NCBI RefSeq assembly: GCF_037042905.1
Contig: NC_087263.1
Span: 13,828,001-13,892,000 of the forward strand
DNA from: Lytechinus pictus
Taxonomy: Eukaryota
Reading direction: 5' to 3'
Length of the DNA: 64,000 nucleotides
The notes beneath the pieces are model-generated. The model had not been told where the DNA came from. It saw only the letters and a program-made list of their open reading frames with translations, and searched no databases. Shown piece by piece: positions 63,821 through 64,000 of this stretch; position 1 is the stretch's first letter, and every line of letters begins with the position of its first letter. The translations under genes were made by a program, and so were the position numbers.

Positions 63821-64000
63821 CAGAGCTGCCAACCACACTTGACCAAAAATCCTATTATTTCACCCCAAAAATCCTATTTTCAGGCAAAAAATCCTATTCA
63901 TACCCGTCGTGTACTTTCCTACTATACATCTCATTATTTTGTTGTGCTCACTGTAATTTTTACATCCGACAGGCAAGGTTCCACATTAACTTTTTTGGTG

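Overview
Eukaryotic, AT-rich, repeat-dense animal DNA. The SINE and MITE style suggests an echinoderm such as a sea urchin, but this is inference. Three spliced genes can be rebuilt by hand from GT-AG sites with consistent phases. (1) A 6-exon, 291-aa phosphonoacetaldehyde hydrolase (PhnX/phosphonatase) on + at 6532-12037, with its catalytic motifs intact: a C-P bond-cleaving enzyme best known from bacteria, here as an intron-containing animal gene. (2) A 12-exon, 418-aa 7-transmembrane protein on + at 16497-47430 whose family I cannot name with confidence; a duplicated, in-frame copy of its C-terminal tail lies just downstream. (3) The last exon of a UCP2/3-like mitochondrial uncoupling protein on - at 62748-62850. 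Most of the rest is nested transposons (TTAA-flanked MITEs, hAT-type MITEs with 8-bp TSDs, Harbinger-type elements, a decayed LINE RT, tRNA-derived SINEs), microsatellites and minisatellites. Almost all ORFs in the supplied track are spurious.
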